Assembly: GCA_965215565.1 (NCBI GenBank)
Contig: CBDCDZ010000004.1
Span: 1,248,001-1,312,000 of the forward strand
Direction of reading: 5' to 3'
DNA from: Trueperaceae bacterium
GTDB taxonomy: Bacteria > Deinococcota > Deinococci > Deinococcales > Trueperaceae
Length of the DNA: 64,000 bases
Shown here piece after piece: positions 1 to 9,703 of the stretch; within the stretch, counting starts at the first letter, position 1, and each line of letters opens with the position of its first letter. Below the pieces are notes generated by a model. That model was not told the origin of the DNA. It searched no databases and saw only the letters and a list, made by a program, of their open reading frames with translations. Made by a program: the position numbers and the translations under genes.

Positions 1-116
1 CTGCCTCAAACGTGTTTTGATAATTGAGTCTACCTCTACTCCTCTTGTCAAGACCGTTGTTTCAAACTATCTCGCGTTTTTACCGCTCCAAGAGGTAGCA
101 ACGCTCGAGTAGCGCC

Positions 117-1166
117 CTACGAATCCGCTACTCCAGCTTCTGAAAACGTCGCCATATTACAGAGGACGGCGGCGGCGCTCTCCAAAATACTAAAGGCTAA
201 CACCGCGCCCGAGCCTTCCCCCAGGCGCATGTCGAACGCGAAGAGCGGCTCCAAGCCTAGATGCGCCAACTGCCTCTTATGCCCCGGCTCCTGCGACAGG
301 TGCGAGGCGAAGAGGTAGTCCGTAACGTTTGGGCTGAGCGCGGCGGCGACGAGCACGGCGGAGGTGGCGATGAACCCGTCTAAGATGACCGGGACGCGCT
401 GCGCGGCCGAGGCGAGGTAGAAACCCGTGAGCGCGGCGATCTCGAGCCCGCCCACTTTTGCCAAAACCTCGAGAGGCTGAGCCGAGTTGGGCTGATGCTT
501 ACCTAAAGCCCGTTCGATGACGCGGACCTTGTGCGCCAACCTCTCGTCGTCTACGCCTGTTCCGCGCCCCGTGACCTCTTGCACGCTGCCCCTCGTAAAA
601 ACAGCCGTCAGCGCCGCCGCCGCCGTCGTGTTGCCGATGCCCATCTCGCCGCCAGCGAGGAGCGTCGCGCCCTCTCGGATGAGCTTGCGAGCAACCTCTA
701 TGCCGACGCCGCACGCCCGCGCGACCTCTTCGGGCGTCATCGCGGGTTCGTCCACCATGTTTTTCGTGCCTGGCGCAACCTTTCGGCTCAGCAGCGAGGC
801 GTGAGGCTCCAGGTCCGCTTCGACGCCGACGTCTACAACCAGGAGCGACGCGCCCGCGACTTTGGCCAGGGCGTTGACAGCCGCGCCGCCGCGCAAGAAG
901 TTCGCCACCATCTGCGCCGTAACCTCTTTAGGGAACGCCGACACGCCCGCCGCCGTAACGCCGTGGTCTGCCGCGAAAACAGCGACGCCTTTGCCCGTTA
1001 CGAGAGGTTGAGACGTGCCATAAACTGAAGCGAGGCGGACGCCTAGAGGCTCGAGCCGCCCCAAACTCCCCGGTGGCTTGGTGAGTTCGTCATGGCGTGC
1101 CCGCGCCTGTGACGCGACCTCTCGGTCCGCAGGCTGAATTTTCGCCACAACCTCTTCAAATGTCAA
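117..1166 (-). CDS. cobT: Nicotinate-nucleotide--dimethylbenzimidazole phosphoribosyltransferase
   Basis: Motifs LTKPPGSLGRLE, FAADHGV, GEMGIGNTT, DMRLGEGSGA, MATFSEAGV. Confidence 0.95.
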   Translation of the reverse strand: MTFEEVVAKIQPADREVASQARARHDELTKPPGSLGRLEPLGVRLASVYGTSQPLVTGKGVAVFAADHGVTAAGVSAFPKEVTAQMVANFLRGGAAVNALAKVAGASLLVVDVGVEADLEPHASLLSRKVAPGTKNMVDEPAMTPEEVARACGVGIEVARKLIREGATLLAGGEMGIGNTTAAAALTAVFTRGSVQEVTGRGTGVDDERLAHKVRVIERALGKHQPNSAQPLEVLAKVGGLEIAALTGFYLASAAQRVPVILDGFIATSAVLVAAALSPNVTDYLFASHLSQEPGHKRQLAHLGLEPLFAFDMRLGEGSGAVLAFSILESAAAVLCNMATFSEAGVADS

Positions 1167-1319
1167 TTGTACTCTCCGAAACTGCGCCTAAAGCGTCCAA
1201 GGTGGCGGTGCATGTTAATACTTTACCTTCAGGCTGGCTGGCAAAATGCGCCGCTTTCATGTAATACGCCTCCGCGTGGTGCGGCTTGCCTGAGCGTGCT
1301 CCGGTTGTAGTGAAGAGCT

Positions 1320-1955
1320 TCAACGCGGTCCCGTCTGCAAATCGCCCAAATGCGAGGTGTCGTTCACCTTGCTGACGATGATGCCCATGTCGCCGATCAC
1401 AAGCTTGGACACGCTGCCGATATCCACCTGGAAGCGCCACGACTGACCGTGCGGCAAGCCCGTCACGTGGTAGAGCGCGCTGCGAATCGTGCCGCCGTGC
1501 GTAAAGGCGACTGCGCGCCCCGACTTGGGCAGCTCGCCCAGCCACTCGCGCACGCGCCCCAAGAGGTCTTCGTACGACTCGCCCTCGGGTGCGCGGTTAC
1601 GGTAAGGGTCTTTGAACCAGGCGTCCAAAGCGCGTTTGTCCGCGCCTTCTAACTCGCGCCAATACTTGCCCTCCCACGCGCCAAAGTCGATCTCGCGCAA
1701 CCGAGGCTCGAGCCTAACCTCCGCCGCTGGCAAGACCAAACGAGAGGTGTAGCGCGTGCGCGAGAGGTCCGAAGCGTACACCGCGTCGAAGCGCAGATGC
1801 CCGATGCGTTTGCCGAGGCGCTCCGCCTGCTGGATGCCGAGTTCGTTTAAGGGCGGGTCACTCTGCCCCAACGCGCGCCCCTCGCGGTTCCACAAGGTTT
1901 CGCCGTGGCGCACGAGCCAGAGTTCTAGGACATTATTAGACGTGGGGTCAGGCAT
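1320..1955 (-). CDS. Histidine phosphatase family protein (CobC/phosphoglycerate mutase-like)
   Basis: LVRHGET, LREIDFGAWEG, FTHGG, NDTSHL; directly upstream of cobT. Confidence 0.85.
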   Translation of the reverse strand: MPDPTSNNVLELWLVRHGETLWNREGRALGQSDPPLNELGIQQAERLGKRIGHLRFDAVYASDLSRTRYTSRLVLPAAEVRLEPRLREIDFGAWEGKYWRELEGADKRALDAWFKDPYRNRAPEGESYEDLLGRVREWLGELPKSGRAVAFTHGGTIRSALYHVTGLPHGQSWRFQVDIGSVSKLVIGDMGIIVSKVNDTSHLGDLQTGPR

Positions 1956-2559
1956 GATGCTCCTCTGAAGTTGTCAGATGCGAGGTGTCGTTGACAGTTT
2001 CAATGAGCGTTCGCCCCTCTTCAAAGCGCAATCTTGTAAGGCTCGTGTTGCCGAAAACGAAATGCCAATGTTGCGAGTGCGGCGCGTTCAAAATCGAGAG
2101 GATAAGAGCGCGAATCGTACCGCCGTGAGAGAAGGCAGCGACGCGCCCCTCTGTAGGTAAACTGCCCAGCCACGCCGTGACCCTCGTCTGTATATCCGCC
2201 CAAGACTCACCCTGTGGCAAGGCAACGGCGTAGGGGTCAGCGCGATGCGCTTCGTAAGCCTGGCGCTCACCTTCGGTGAATTCCGCGGGCGTTTTACCTT
2301 CTAAAATGCCGAAGTGTATCTCGCGCAGACGTTTGTCCAAACAGATGTCGCGCTCACCTAAGACAATTTTCGCCGTGTGATGCGCCCTCTCAGAATCCGA
2401 AGCGTAGACCTTGTCAAAAGACTGCGACGCTAAACGCTCTTTCAACCTCTCTGCTTGCCGCGTACCCAAATTATTAAGAGGTCTATCGGTCTGACCTTGA
2501 ATACGCCTCTCAAAATTCCAATCCGTCTCACCATGTCGTATAAGCCATAGGTCTAACAC
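1948..2559 (-). CDS. Histidine phosphatase family protein (tandem paralog)
   Basis: LIRHGET, LREIHFGILEG, FSHGG, NDTSHL; GTG start preceded by TGnTACAGT. Confidence 0.85.
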   Translation of the reverse strand: MLDLWLIRHGETDWNFERRIQGQTDRPLNNLGTRQAERLKERLASQSFDKVYASDSERAHHTAKIVLGERDICLDKRLREIHFGILEGKTPAEFTEGERQAYEAHRADPYAVALPQGESWADIQTRVTAWLGSLPTEGRVAAFSHGGTIRALILSILNAPHSQHWHFVFGNTSLTRLRFEEGRTLIETVNDTSHLTTSEEHHA

Positions 2560-2701
2560 GCTCTCAACTGTAACAGGTACAAGTTAGCGCGGTGTTTGTT
2601 CAGCCTGACGGGAGTTTCACTAAGGCGTGCTTGGGGGGAAGAAGCGTGTCAGCACTTCAACTCGTCAGGAGAACCGGAGTCAATTTGCTACAGTGACGCT
2701 T

Positions 2702-3700
2702 ATGAACCTTGTGAAAACCCGTCCTCTCGGCACAACCGACCTCACGGTCTCCCCCATCGGCTTGGGTCTCGCCGCTTTGGGCCGACCGGGCTACATCAAT
2801 CTGGGTCACGCGAACGATCTGGAGCAGAACTACGACGTGGAGGCGATGCGAGCGCACGCCCATACGATGCTCAGCGCTGCCTATGAAAACGGCGTCCGCT
2901 ACTTCGACGCCGCCCGCTCTTACGGACGCGCCGAGGCGTTTTTGGGGAGTTGGTTAGAATCCAAGAAGTACGACGACTGCGTCGTGGGCTCCAAGTGGGG
3001 CTACACCTATACGGCGGGCTGGCAGGTGGACGCGGACGAGCATGAGGTCAAAGAGCATTCGCGCGCCAAGTTGGACGAGCAGTGGCGGGAGAGCCAGACC
3101 TTTTTAGGCAAGCACCTCAACCTCTACCAGATTCATTCGGCGACGTTGGAAACGGGCGTGTTAGAAAATGAAGAGGTTTTGGCAAAGCTCGAGGAGATTA
3201 GAACGTTGGGCGTCTACATCGGTTTGTCGTTGAGTGGACCAACGCAAGCGCAAACCTTAGAGAAAGCGTTAGAGGTAGAGGTTGAAGGGAAACGCTTATT
3301 CGACACCGTCCAGGCAACCTGGAACGTGCTCGAGCCCTCCGCAGGCGCAACCCTCGCCGCCGCGCATAGCGAAGGCTTAGGCGTCATCATCAAGGAGGCG
3401 CTGGCAAACGGGCGGCTGACACGCCGCAACGACGCGCCTGAGTTCGCAGCTAAGCTGGGGGTGCTAAAGACTCAAGCGAAGCGGTTGGAGACGACCGTCG
3501 AGACGTTGGCGCTCGCAGCCGTTCTCAACCAACCTTGGGTCAGCGTCGTTTTGAGCGGGGCGGCGCGAGAGGCGCACCTGCTCGAGAACCTGACCGCCTT
3601 AGATGCTCCTTGGGATGAAGAGGTCGAAGACGCATTAGCGCAACTCGCCGAACCGCCCGAGAGGTATTGGAAGGTGCGTTCGGGGCTCGAGTGGAGCTAA
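2702..3700 (+). CDS. Aldo/keto reductase
   Basis: RPLGTTDLTVSPIGLG, FDAARSYG, LYQIHS; ATG at 2702 lies 7 nt after TACAGT. Confidence 0.88.
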   Translation: MNLVKTRPLGTTDLTVSPIGLGLAALGRPGYINLGHANDLEQNYDVEAMRAHAHTMLSAAYENGVRYFDAARSYGRAEAFLGSWLESKKYDDCVVGSKWGYTYTAGWQVDADEHEVKEHSRAKLDEQWRESQTFLGKHLNLYQIHSATLETGVLENEEVLAKLEEIRTLGVYIGLSLSGPTQAQTLEKALEVEVEGKRLFDTVQATWNVLEPSAGATLAAAHSEGLGVIIKEALANGRLTRRNDAPEFAAKLGVLKTQAKRLETTVETLALAAVLNQPWVSVVLSGAAREAHLLENLTALDAPWDEEVEDALAQLAEPPERYWKVRSGLEWS

Positions 3701-3705
3701 GACAC

Positions 3706-3793
3706 CAATGAGCAACGAGCAATGAGTAGAAAAGCAAAAACTCATTGCTCACCGTTCGTCCAGCTCGACTGGATTGCTTTTCACTCATTGCTC
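3706..3793. repeat. Heptamer-based (GAGCAAT) palindromic repeat, copy 1
   Basis: agcaacgagcaatgagt...actcattgctcaccgttcgtcc...ggattgct...actcattgctc, shared with 13418-13505. Confidence 0.75.
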
Positions 3794-5116
3794 CCTCTCA
3801 GGCAACTCGTTCTGACTGATGACCTCTTGAAACCACTCGAACGACCGCTTAGGCGTCCGTTTCTGCGTCGCGAAGTCCACGTGGACCAGCCCAAACCTCG
3901 CCGTGTAGCCTTCCGCCCACTCGAAGTTGTCCAGCAGGGTCCAAGCGAAGTACCCTTTGAGGTTCGCGCCCTCGCCTATCGCTTTTTGAGCAGCTTCTAA
4001 ATAATCATGGTAAAACGCAATTCGTTTGGGGTCATTGACCTCTTCGTCGTCAAGTTCATCGGGGAAGGCCGCGCCGTTCTCGGTCACGTAGACGTCGGGG
4101 TTGCCGTAGTCGTTTTTAAGCTCCATCAGTTGCTCATAGAGCGCGCCTGGGTAGACTTCCCAACCCATATCGGTCAGTTGGGCGTCTTTTGGCGGCGGCG
4201 CTTGCCCCATCCCGAGCAGGCTGTTGTCCGCCTGAATGAGCGTGCGGCTATAGAGGTTGAGCCCGAAGAAGTCTAAGGGTTGCTTTGTTTTGTCCAAGTC
4301 ACCGTCGTGGATAAACGGCTCGATGATCGCTTGCGTTTGCTCGGGGTAGCGTCCCTTAAAGAGCGGGTCCGCGAAGTTTCGGTTCCACACCGCGTCAAAG
4401 AGGGCGGCGGCCTGCGCGTCCTCCTCCGTGTCGCTCCTCGGATGGACGGGCTGCATGTTCAAGACCGTGCCGAGGTGCCACGCTGAGTTCATCTCCCTCA
4501 AACGTGAGAGCGCCTCCCCTTGCGCTAAGTTGAGGTGATGGACGCTCGCCGCGTACGCCCTGATATCTTGCAAGCCCGGCGCGTGAATCCCCAAGAGGTG
4601 CCCAAAGAGCGCCACCACGTTGGGCTCGTTGAGCATGGCGAAGTGCGTGACCCTGTCGCCATACTGCTCGGCGGTATAGCCGGCGTAGTCGGTGAACCAA
4701 TAGGTGATGTCGCGCTCTGTCCAGCCGCCCTTGTCCTGTAAAGCTTGCGGCAAGTCCCAGTGGTAGAAGCAGAGCCACGGTGCGATGTCCGCCTCTAAGA
4801 GCGTGTCGATGAGCTTGTCGTAAAAGTCGCGCCCACGGCGGCTGGGCTTGCCGCTGCCGTCAGGGAAAAGCCGCGCCCACGCCGCCGAGAAACGGTAGGC
4901 GTCAACGCCTAACGCCTTCATCAGCGCGACGTCTTCAGGGTAACGGTGATAGTGGTCACACGCCTCGTCGCCGGTGTGCCCCTTCGCTACCTTTCCTGGC
5001 GTGTGCGAAAACGTGTCCCAGATGCTGCGCCCTTTGCCGTCTTCGTCCCACGCGCCCTCGATCTGGTAGCTCGAGGTCGATATGCCCCACATAAAATCCT
5101 CTGGAAAGCTCATCAT
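3785..5116 (-). CDS. GH1 beta-glucosidase
   Basis: WGISTSSYQIEG, acid/base NEP, nucleophile TENG, DNFEWAEG. Confidence 0.95.
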   Translation of the reverse strand: MMSFPEDFMWGISTSSYQIEGAWDEDGKGRSIWDTFSHTPGKVAKGHTGDEACDHYHRYPEDVALMKALGVDAYRFSAAWARLFPDGSGKPSRRGRDFYDKLIDTLLEADIAPWLCFYHWDLPQALQDKGGWTERDITYWFTDYAGYTAEQYGDRVTHFAMLNEPNVVALFGHLLGIHAPGLQDIRAYAASVHHLNLAQGEALSRLREMNSAWHLGTVLNMQPVHPRSDTEEDAQAAALFDAVWNRNFADPLFKGRYPEQTQAIIEPFIHDGDLDKTKQPLDFFGLNLYSRTLIQADNSLLGMGQAPPPKDAQLTDMGWEVYPGALYEQLMELKNDYGNPDVYVTENGAAFPDELDDEEVNDPKRIAFYHDYLEAAQKAIGEGANLKGYFAWTLLDNFEWAEGYTARFGLVHVDFATQKRTPKRSFEWFQEVISQNELPEREQ

Positions 5117-5169
5117 GCCTCCTGATTCTCGCTCACTTTAACCTACTCAAGACACCTCTTTAATAGGGT

Positions 5170-5347
5170 TAGCAGGTATCATCTGGTCAGAGTGTACGAA
5201 GTTTTGCGAAGCAACACTCTCACTTTGTGAAACGCTGTTTCACTGCGTGAAAACTTCGTAATTAGCACGCACTTCAAGGGATGATACCCTTGCCAGAGGC
5301 AAAACTTCGTAAGCGTTCAACTGTCTCAGTGTGTCGTGGAACTGCTA
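5170..5347 (+). mobile_element. MITE-like repeat family A, copy 1
   Basis: Starts TAGCAGGTATCATCTGG and ends GGAACTGCTA; homologous to 20808, 32192, 35106, 42704, 42875 and 51685. Confidence 0.8.
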
Positions 5348-5396
5348 GGTAATCTCCCACGGTCATCATTTAGAGCAAAAGCTTACTTATTCAGAG

Positions 5397-5493
5397 TAGT
5401 AATACGAGGTTGCATGACTTGGCGCAGACATCATCTCCAAACGTGAGTGTTGATCAATCGTTTTCGCGAGTGAGAGCGTCGATGACCAGATGA
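5397..5493 (-). repeat. Degenerate family A MITE copy (boundaries approximate)
   Basis: gcgcagacatcatc...gtgagagcgtc...accagatga aligns with the 42704-42814 copy. Confidence 0.5.
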
Positions 5494-5535
5494 AGTCGCG
5501 TGGTCCCGCGTTTCGCAAAAGCGAAAACTGCGTAA

Positions 5536-5659
5536 TATCAAAGTGATTTAAGGGTGTCACAACGTGACATCCTTAAACGCTCTATGTTCAGCTTGCTAAC
5601 GCGCAGCGCGGGTAACTTCGAACGCCCACACATTGTGACACCCCCTTTTCAGTCTGGTA
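5536..5659. mobile_element. MITE-like repeat family B (124 bp), copy 1
   Basis: Near-identical to 55385-55508 (4 differences seen); TA termini, imperfect terminal IR, internal gggtgtcaca/tgtgacaccc IR. Confidence 0.8.
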
Positions 5660-5714
5660 TAACACTTCGTTCCCACTGGCCCGCCAGACCTGCTACCTAC
5701 GTTAAACTGAACAG

Positions 5715-6917
5715 GTGAAAATCCTCCACACCGCCGACTGGCACGCCGGACGCACCCTGCACGGCGTACCGCGCACCGCTGAAATCCGCGAAGTCTTACA
5801 AGAAATCGCCGAGTTAGCCAAGAGCGAAGCCGTTGACCTCATCTTAGTGGCGGGCGACCTCTTCGACACCCGCAACCCCAGAGCCGACGCCGAAGCCGCC
5901 GTGTACGAGTTTTTCGTGACGACGGGGCGAGCGGGCATCCCAAGCGTGGTCATTGCGGGCAATCACGATTCGCCGAGCCGGATAGACGCCTCGAGCAGCC
6001 TCCTCAGCTTGACGAACACGCACGCTTTTGGCGAGGTCAGAGTGGCGGGGCAAGGGGGCGCGTTCAGTCTTCACATAGGCGATGAGGTGGCGCAAATCGC
6101 CGCGCTGCCCTTTATCTCCGAGCGGCGCATCGTCAGGGTGGCGGAGCTTTTAGAGGAAGACCCCGGCAGGTGGCGCGAGCGTTATCAGGAGGGGATGAGA
6201 AAGCTCATCGGCAACCTCACGAAGCCCTTTAGACCTGACGCTGTGAACCTACTCGTCACCCACACGACCATGAACGGCGCGACTTTGTCGAACTCAGAAT
6301 ACCAATTTCACTCGACGGAGAACTACAGCCTCAGTTCTGACCTCTTCCCGGAGCGGTGCAACTACGTGGCGCTTGGGCACATCCACAAGCCGCAAGCCAT
6401 TGACGGGTATCCCGAGAACGCCGGACGCTACTCGGGCAGCATCCTTCAGCTCGACTTCGGGGAGCAGGGGGATACGAAGTACGTCTATATCGTGGAGGCG
6501 AGGGCGGGCAAACCGACGACGCTCGTGAAGCAGCATGAGATTAGAGCAGGAAGAAGATTGCGGCGGGTCAAGGTGGCGTTGGAGGAGTTGGACAGGCGCA
6601 CGGCGGAGTTAGCAGACTTCGACGGGTGGCTCAAGGTGTCGGTTAGGCTCGAGCACCCCCTCCCCGGACTCAAAGACCGCATCCGCCGCCATCTGCCGAA
6701 CGCCCTAGCCATCGAACTCGACTTACCCGATCAACAAGAAGAGATAAGGCAAGGCGTAGACCTGGAAAAAATCTCGATGAGCGAGGCGTACGCGCAGTTT
6801 TACGAGGAGACGAGAGGTCAGGGCTTACCGGACGCGCTCAAAACCGCCTTCGACACTCTCTACGAAGCGAGTGACGCGAAGGACGAGCCCACTGAAACAG
6901 TCGCGGAGACTGCGTGA
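5715..6917 (+). CDS. sbcD: Exonuclease SbcD
   Basis: LHTADWH, AGDLFD, GNHD, LGHIH, YSGS. Confidence 0.95.
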   Translation: MKILHTADWHAGRTLHGVPRTAEIREVLQEIAELAKSEAVDLILVAGDLFDTRNPRADAEAAVYEFFVTTGRAGIPSVVIAGNHDSPSRIDASSSLLSLTNTHAFGEVRVAGQGGAFSLHIGDEVAQIAALPFISERRIVRVAELLEEDPGRWRERYQEGMRKLIGNLTKPFRPDAVNLLVTHTTMNGATLSNSEYQFHSTENYSLSSDLFPERCNYVALGHIHKPQAIDGYPENAGRYSGSILQLDFGEQGDTKYVYIVEARAGKPTTLVKQHEIRAGRRLRRVKVALEELDRRTAELADFDGWLKVSVRLEHPLPGLKDRIRRHLPNALAIELDLPDQQEEIRQGVDLEKISMSEAYAQFYEETRGQGLPDALKTAFDTLYEASDAKDEPTETVAETA

Positions 6918-9703
6918 GACCCCTTAGATTAAAGCTCAGCGGCTTCACCTGCTTTCGCGAGGAGACTTTGGTCAATTTTGATGACTTAGACCTCTTCGCC
7001 ATTGAAGGACCCACAGGCTCGGGCAAGTCCACCCTGTTGGACGCGCTGACCTACACGCTTTACGGGCAGACGCCGCGCTTGGGTGGGCGCGGTCTGGACG
7101 CGCTGCTGAGTCCGGGGCTCGAGCAGATGCTAGCGAGTTTGGAGTTCGAAGTCGGCGCGAACGCCTACCGCGCCACGCGCACGCTCGTTAAAAAAGCGAG
7201 CCGCGTCGAGCCGCAGGTGCGCGTGGAGCGGCTTAACGGCGGCAACTGGAAGCAGCTTCCCGAAACGGAGAAGATTAAGGAGGCGGGTGCGGCGCTAGAG
7301 CGCATTGTCGGCTTGGATTACGACAGTTTTACCAGGGCTGTGATGCTGCCGCAAGGCGCGTTCGACACCTTTTTGCGCGGCGACGCTTCGAAGCGGCGCA
7401 AGCTGCTCGTCAACCTCTTAGGCTTGGACCGCATCGAGCGGATGCAGAAAGAGGCGGGGCAGCGCTCCCGCGACGCCGAGAGGGAGCAGAAGGGCATCGA
7501 ACTGAGGTTGGCGCAAGACTACCAGGGCGCAACCCCCGACAAACTGCGAGCCCTGAAGGACGAGCGGGCAAGTTTGGAAACCGAGCGCGAACGCTTGATG
7601 GCGTTGCGTCAAGAAGCGCAGAAAGAACTCGCAGGCTTAGAAGAGGTCAAGTCTCTTTTGGATACGCAGAAAGAGGTGGGGCGGAAGTTGGAAGGGGTGC
7701 AGGCTCGAGCCCCCCAAATCGAAGCCGACAAGGGCGCGTTAGAGCGAGCGAAGCGGGCGGCGCTACTGACGCCGCAGTTGGAGACCCTAGCCACCCAAGA
7801 GGTCAAACTAAAGCGCGTGTTGGACGAGACAAGGACGTTAGAAGGCGCGTTAGGCGCACGGCGGCAAGAGGTTGAACGGGCTGAAACGTCGTTGGCAGTG
7901 GCGGAGAAAGAGGCACAGCGTCTCCCTGAGATTCAAACCCAACTCGGAGAACTCAGAGCGGCGGAACCGCTTCTCAAACAGCTTAGAGCGCGAAAAGGAA
8001 CGCTGAAACTCGCGGAGAGGGACACGGCGCAATCCTATAGCGATGAAGCGTGGGACGCGTTGCAGAGTAAAAGCGCACAAGTGCCGAGTTTGAAACGCGC
8101 CGCGCAACGCGAAGCGGAGGCGGCGCGGTCTGTGGAAGTGGCGCGGAAAGCGGTGAAGGCAACCGAGGCGGAAATCAAGTCGCTTAAAGAGAGACTCGAG
8201 TCCCTCAAAGCTGAAGGCACAGTCGCAAAAGAGGTGTTTGAAAAGGCAGCCAAAACGTACGAACATGCTGTCGTCGAAAATCAAGCCCTCGCCCTAAGAC
8301 CGCATCTCCATGAAGGCGACGCCTGCCCTGTCTGCGAGCAAGAGGTCAAACGACTTCCCAAGCGGCGTGAAAATGAAGTTGATTTAGAATCTTTAGCCAG
8401 AGCAAAGAAAAAAGCTGAGGCGAAACTTCTCGAGCTACGCGAGTCCTACTCTGCTACCAAAGCACGCAAAGACGCCGAAGAAACGTACTTGAAAGAGCGT
8501 CAACAAGAGGTTGAGAAGGCGGCGCGTCAACTTGAAGAGGTCAAAGAGGAGCGGCTCGAGCTTGCCAATCTCTTTACGGATGAACCGGAGAGGCTCGAGC
8601 TAAACACCTTGACGAACGACTTGGAAACCCAGCGCTTAGACCTCTTGGCAGGTTTGGCGAGAGAGGTTGTCGCGAAGGCAAACGGCTTGGACCCCGAACG
8701 CGCTCCGGCGCAGCTTGCAGCGGAGGCGAAACAGATTGAAACGAGCCTTAAAAAAGCGCAAGAAGCGCAGACAAGGGCGAAAGCTGAGTTAGACAAACTG
8801 GTGACGAAGTTCGAGTCGTTGACCGAACGAAAAAGTGAGTTAGAGGAAGAGGTTGCGGGGGGTAGGGAGAAGTTAGAGCGAGCTTTACAAAACGCGGACT
8901 TTCACAACGCCGAAGCGGTACGTGAGTCAGCACTGAGCGACGCGGAGCAGAAGAGGTTAGCGGAAGGGATTCAGACCTTTACCTCGCAACGTGCGACGTT
9001 GGAACAGCGCGAGAAGGAACTCAGCGAGCAACTCGCCGGACGCATTTTAGACGAAGCGATTTATAAAACGCTCAAATCTCAGGTTAGCGAAGCAGAAGAG
9101 GGTTTGAACCAGGCACAGCAGCGTTTGGGCGGGGTGGCGAAGGAGTTGGAGCACATAGAGGGGCAACTCGAGCGAGCCTCCCACCTGCGTAAAGAACTCA
9201 CCCGTTTAGGCCGCGACTACGACACCTACCGCCAACTCCACCAAGACCTGCGCGGCAATCAGTTTCAGGACTACCTCATGACCCGCGTGCAGAGTGACTT
9301 AGCGGTACGCGCCTCGCAGATTTTGCGCGACGCGACTGAAGGGCGCTACGACTTGCGCCTCAAAGACAGCGAGTATCACGTGTTGGACGCTTGGCACACG
9401 GGCGAGCTTCGCAACGTCAAGACGCTCTCGGGCGGCGAGACTTTTATCGCGAGCTTGGCGCTGGCGCTCGCGCTATCTGATTCGGTGGCGGGCAACGCGA
9501 CGTTGGGGGCGCTCTTTTTGGATGAGGGCTTCGGGACGCTCGATCTTGAAACGTTGGATTCGGTGGCGAAGGTGTTGGAGGCGTTGACCGAACAGGGGCG
9601 CATGGTCGGGGTGGTGACGCACGTGACGGCGCTGAGTAGTCGGCTTCCCTCGAGGCTCAAGGTGCGCAAACAACCGGAGGGGTCTGTTGTCTACTGGGAC
9701 TAG
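6914..9703 (+). CDS. sbcC: SMC-family ATPase SbcC
   Basis: Walker A GPTGSGKS, CPVC zinc hook, LSGGE signature, FLDEGFG; coupled to sbcD. Confidence 0.95.
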   Translation: MRPLRLKLSGFTCFREETLVNFDDLDLFAIEGPTGSGKSTLLDALTYTLYGQTPRLGGRGLDALLSPGLEQMLASLEFEVGANAYRATRTLVKKASRVEPQVRVERLNGGNWKQLPETEKIKEAGAALERIVGLDYDSFTRAVMLPQGAFDTFLRGDASKRRKLLVNLLGLDRIERMQKEAGQRSRDAEREQKGIELRLAQDYQGATPDKLRALKDERASLETERERLMALRQEAQKELAGLEEVKSLLDTQKEVGRKLEGVQARAPQIEADKGALERAKRAALLTPQLETLATQEVKLKRVLDETRTLEGALGARRQEVERAETSLAVAEKEAQRLPEIQTQLGELRAAEPLLKQLRARKGTLKLAERDTAQSYSDEAWDALQSKSAQVPSLKRAAQREAEAARSVEVARKAVKATEAEIKSLKERLESLKAEGTVAKEVFEKAAKTYEHAVVENQALALRPHLHEGDACPVCEQEVKRLPKRRENEVDLESLARAKKKAEAKLLELRESYSATKARKDAEETYLKERQQEVEKAARQLEEVKEERLELANLFTDEPERLELNTLTNDLETQRLDLLAGLAREVVAKANGLDPERAPAQLAAEAKQIETSLKKAQEAQTRAKAELDKLVTKFESLTERKSELEEEVAGGREKLERALQNADFHNAEAVRESALSDAEQKRLAEGIQTFTSQRATLEQREKELSEQLAGRILDEAIYKTLKSQVSEAEEGLNQAQQRLGGVAKELEHIEGQLERASHLRKELTRLGRDYDTYRQLHQDLRGNQFQDYLMTRVQSDLAVRASQILRDATEGRYDLRLKDSEYHVLDAWHTGELRNVKTLSGGETFIASLALALALSDSVAGNATLGALFLDEGFGTLDLETLDSVAKVLEALTEQGRMVGVVTHVTALSSRLPSRLKVRKQPEGSVVYWD

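Noticed and set aside
1167..1319. Possible cobalamin riboswitch upstream of cobT
   Set aside because: No recognisable B12-box. The minus strand instead reads FTTTGARSGKPH, resembling a nitroreductase-like gene scrap, which is too short to call.
5117..5714. CRISPR array or single large ncRNA in the repeat-rich intergenic region
   Set aside because: No regularly spaced direct repeats; explained by stacked MITE-like copies.
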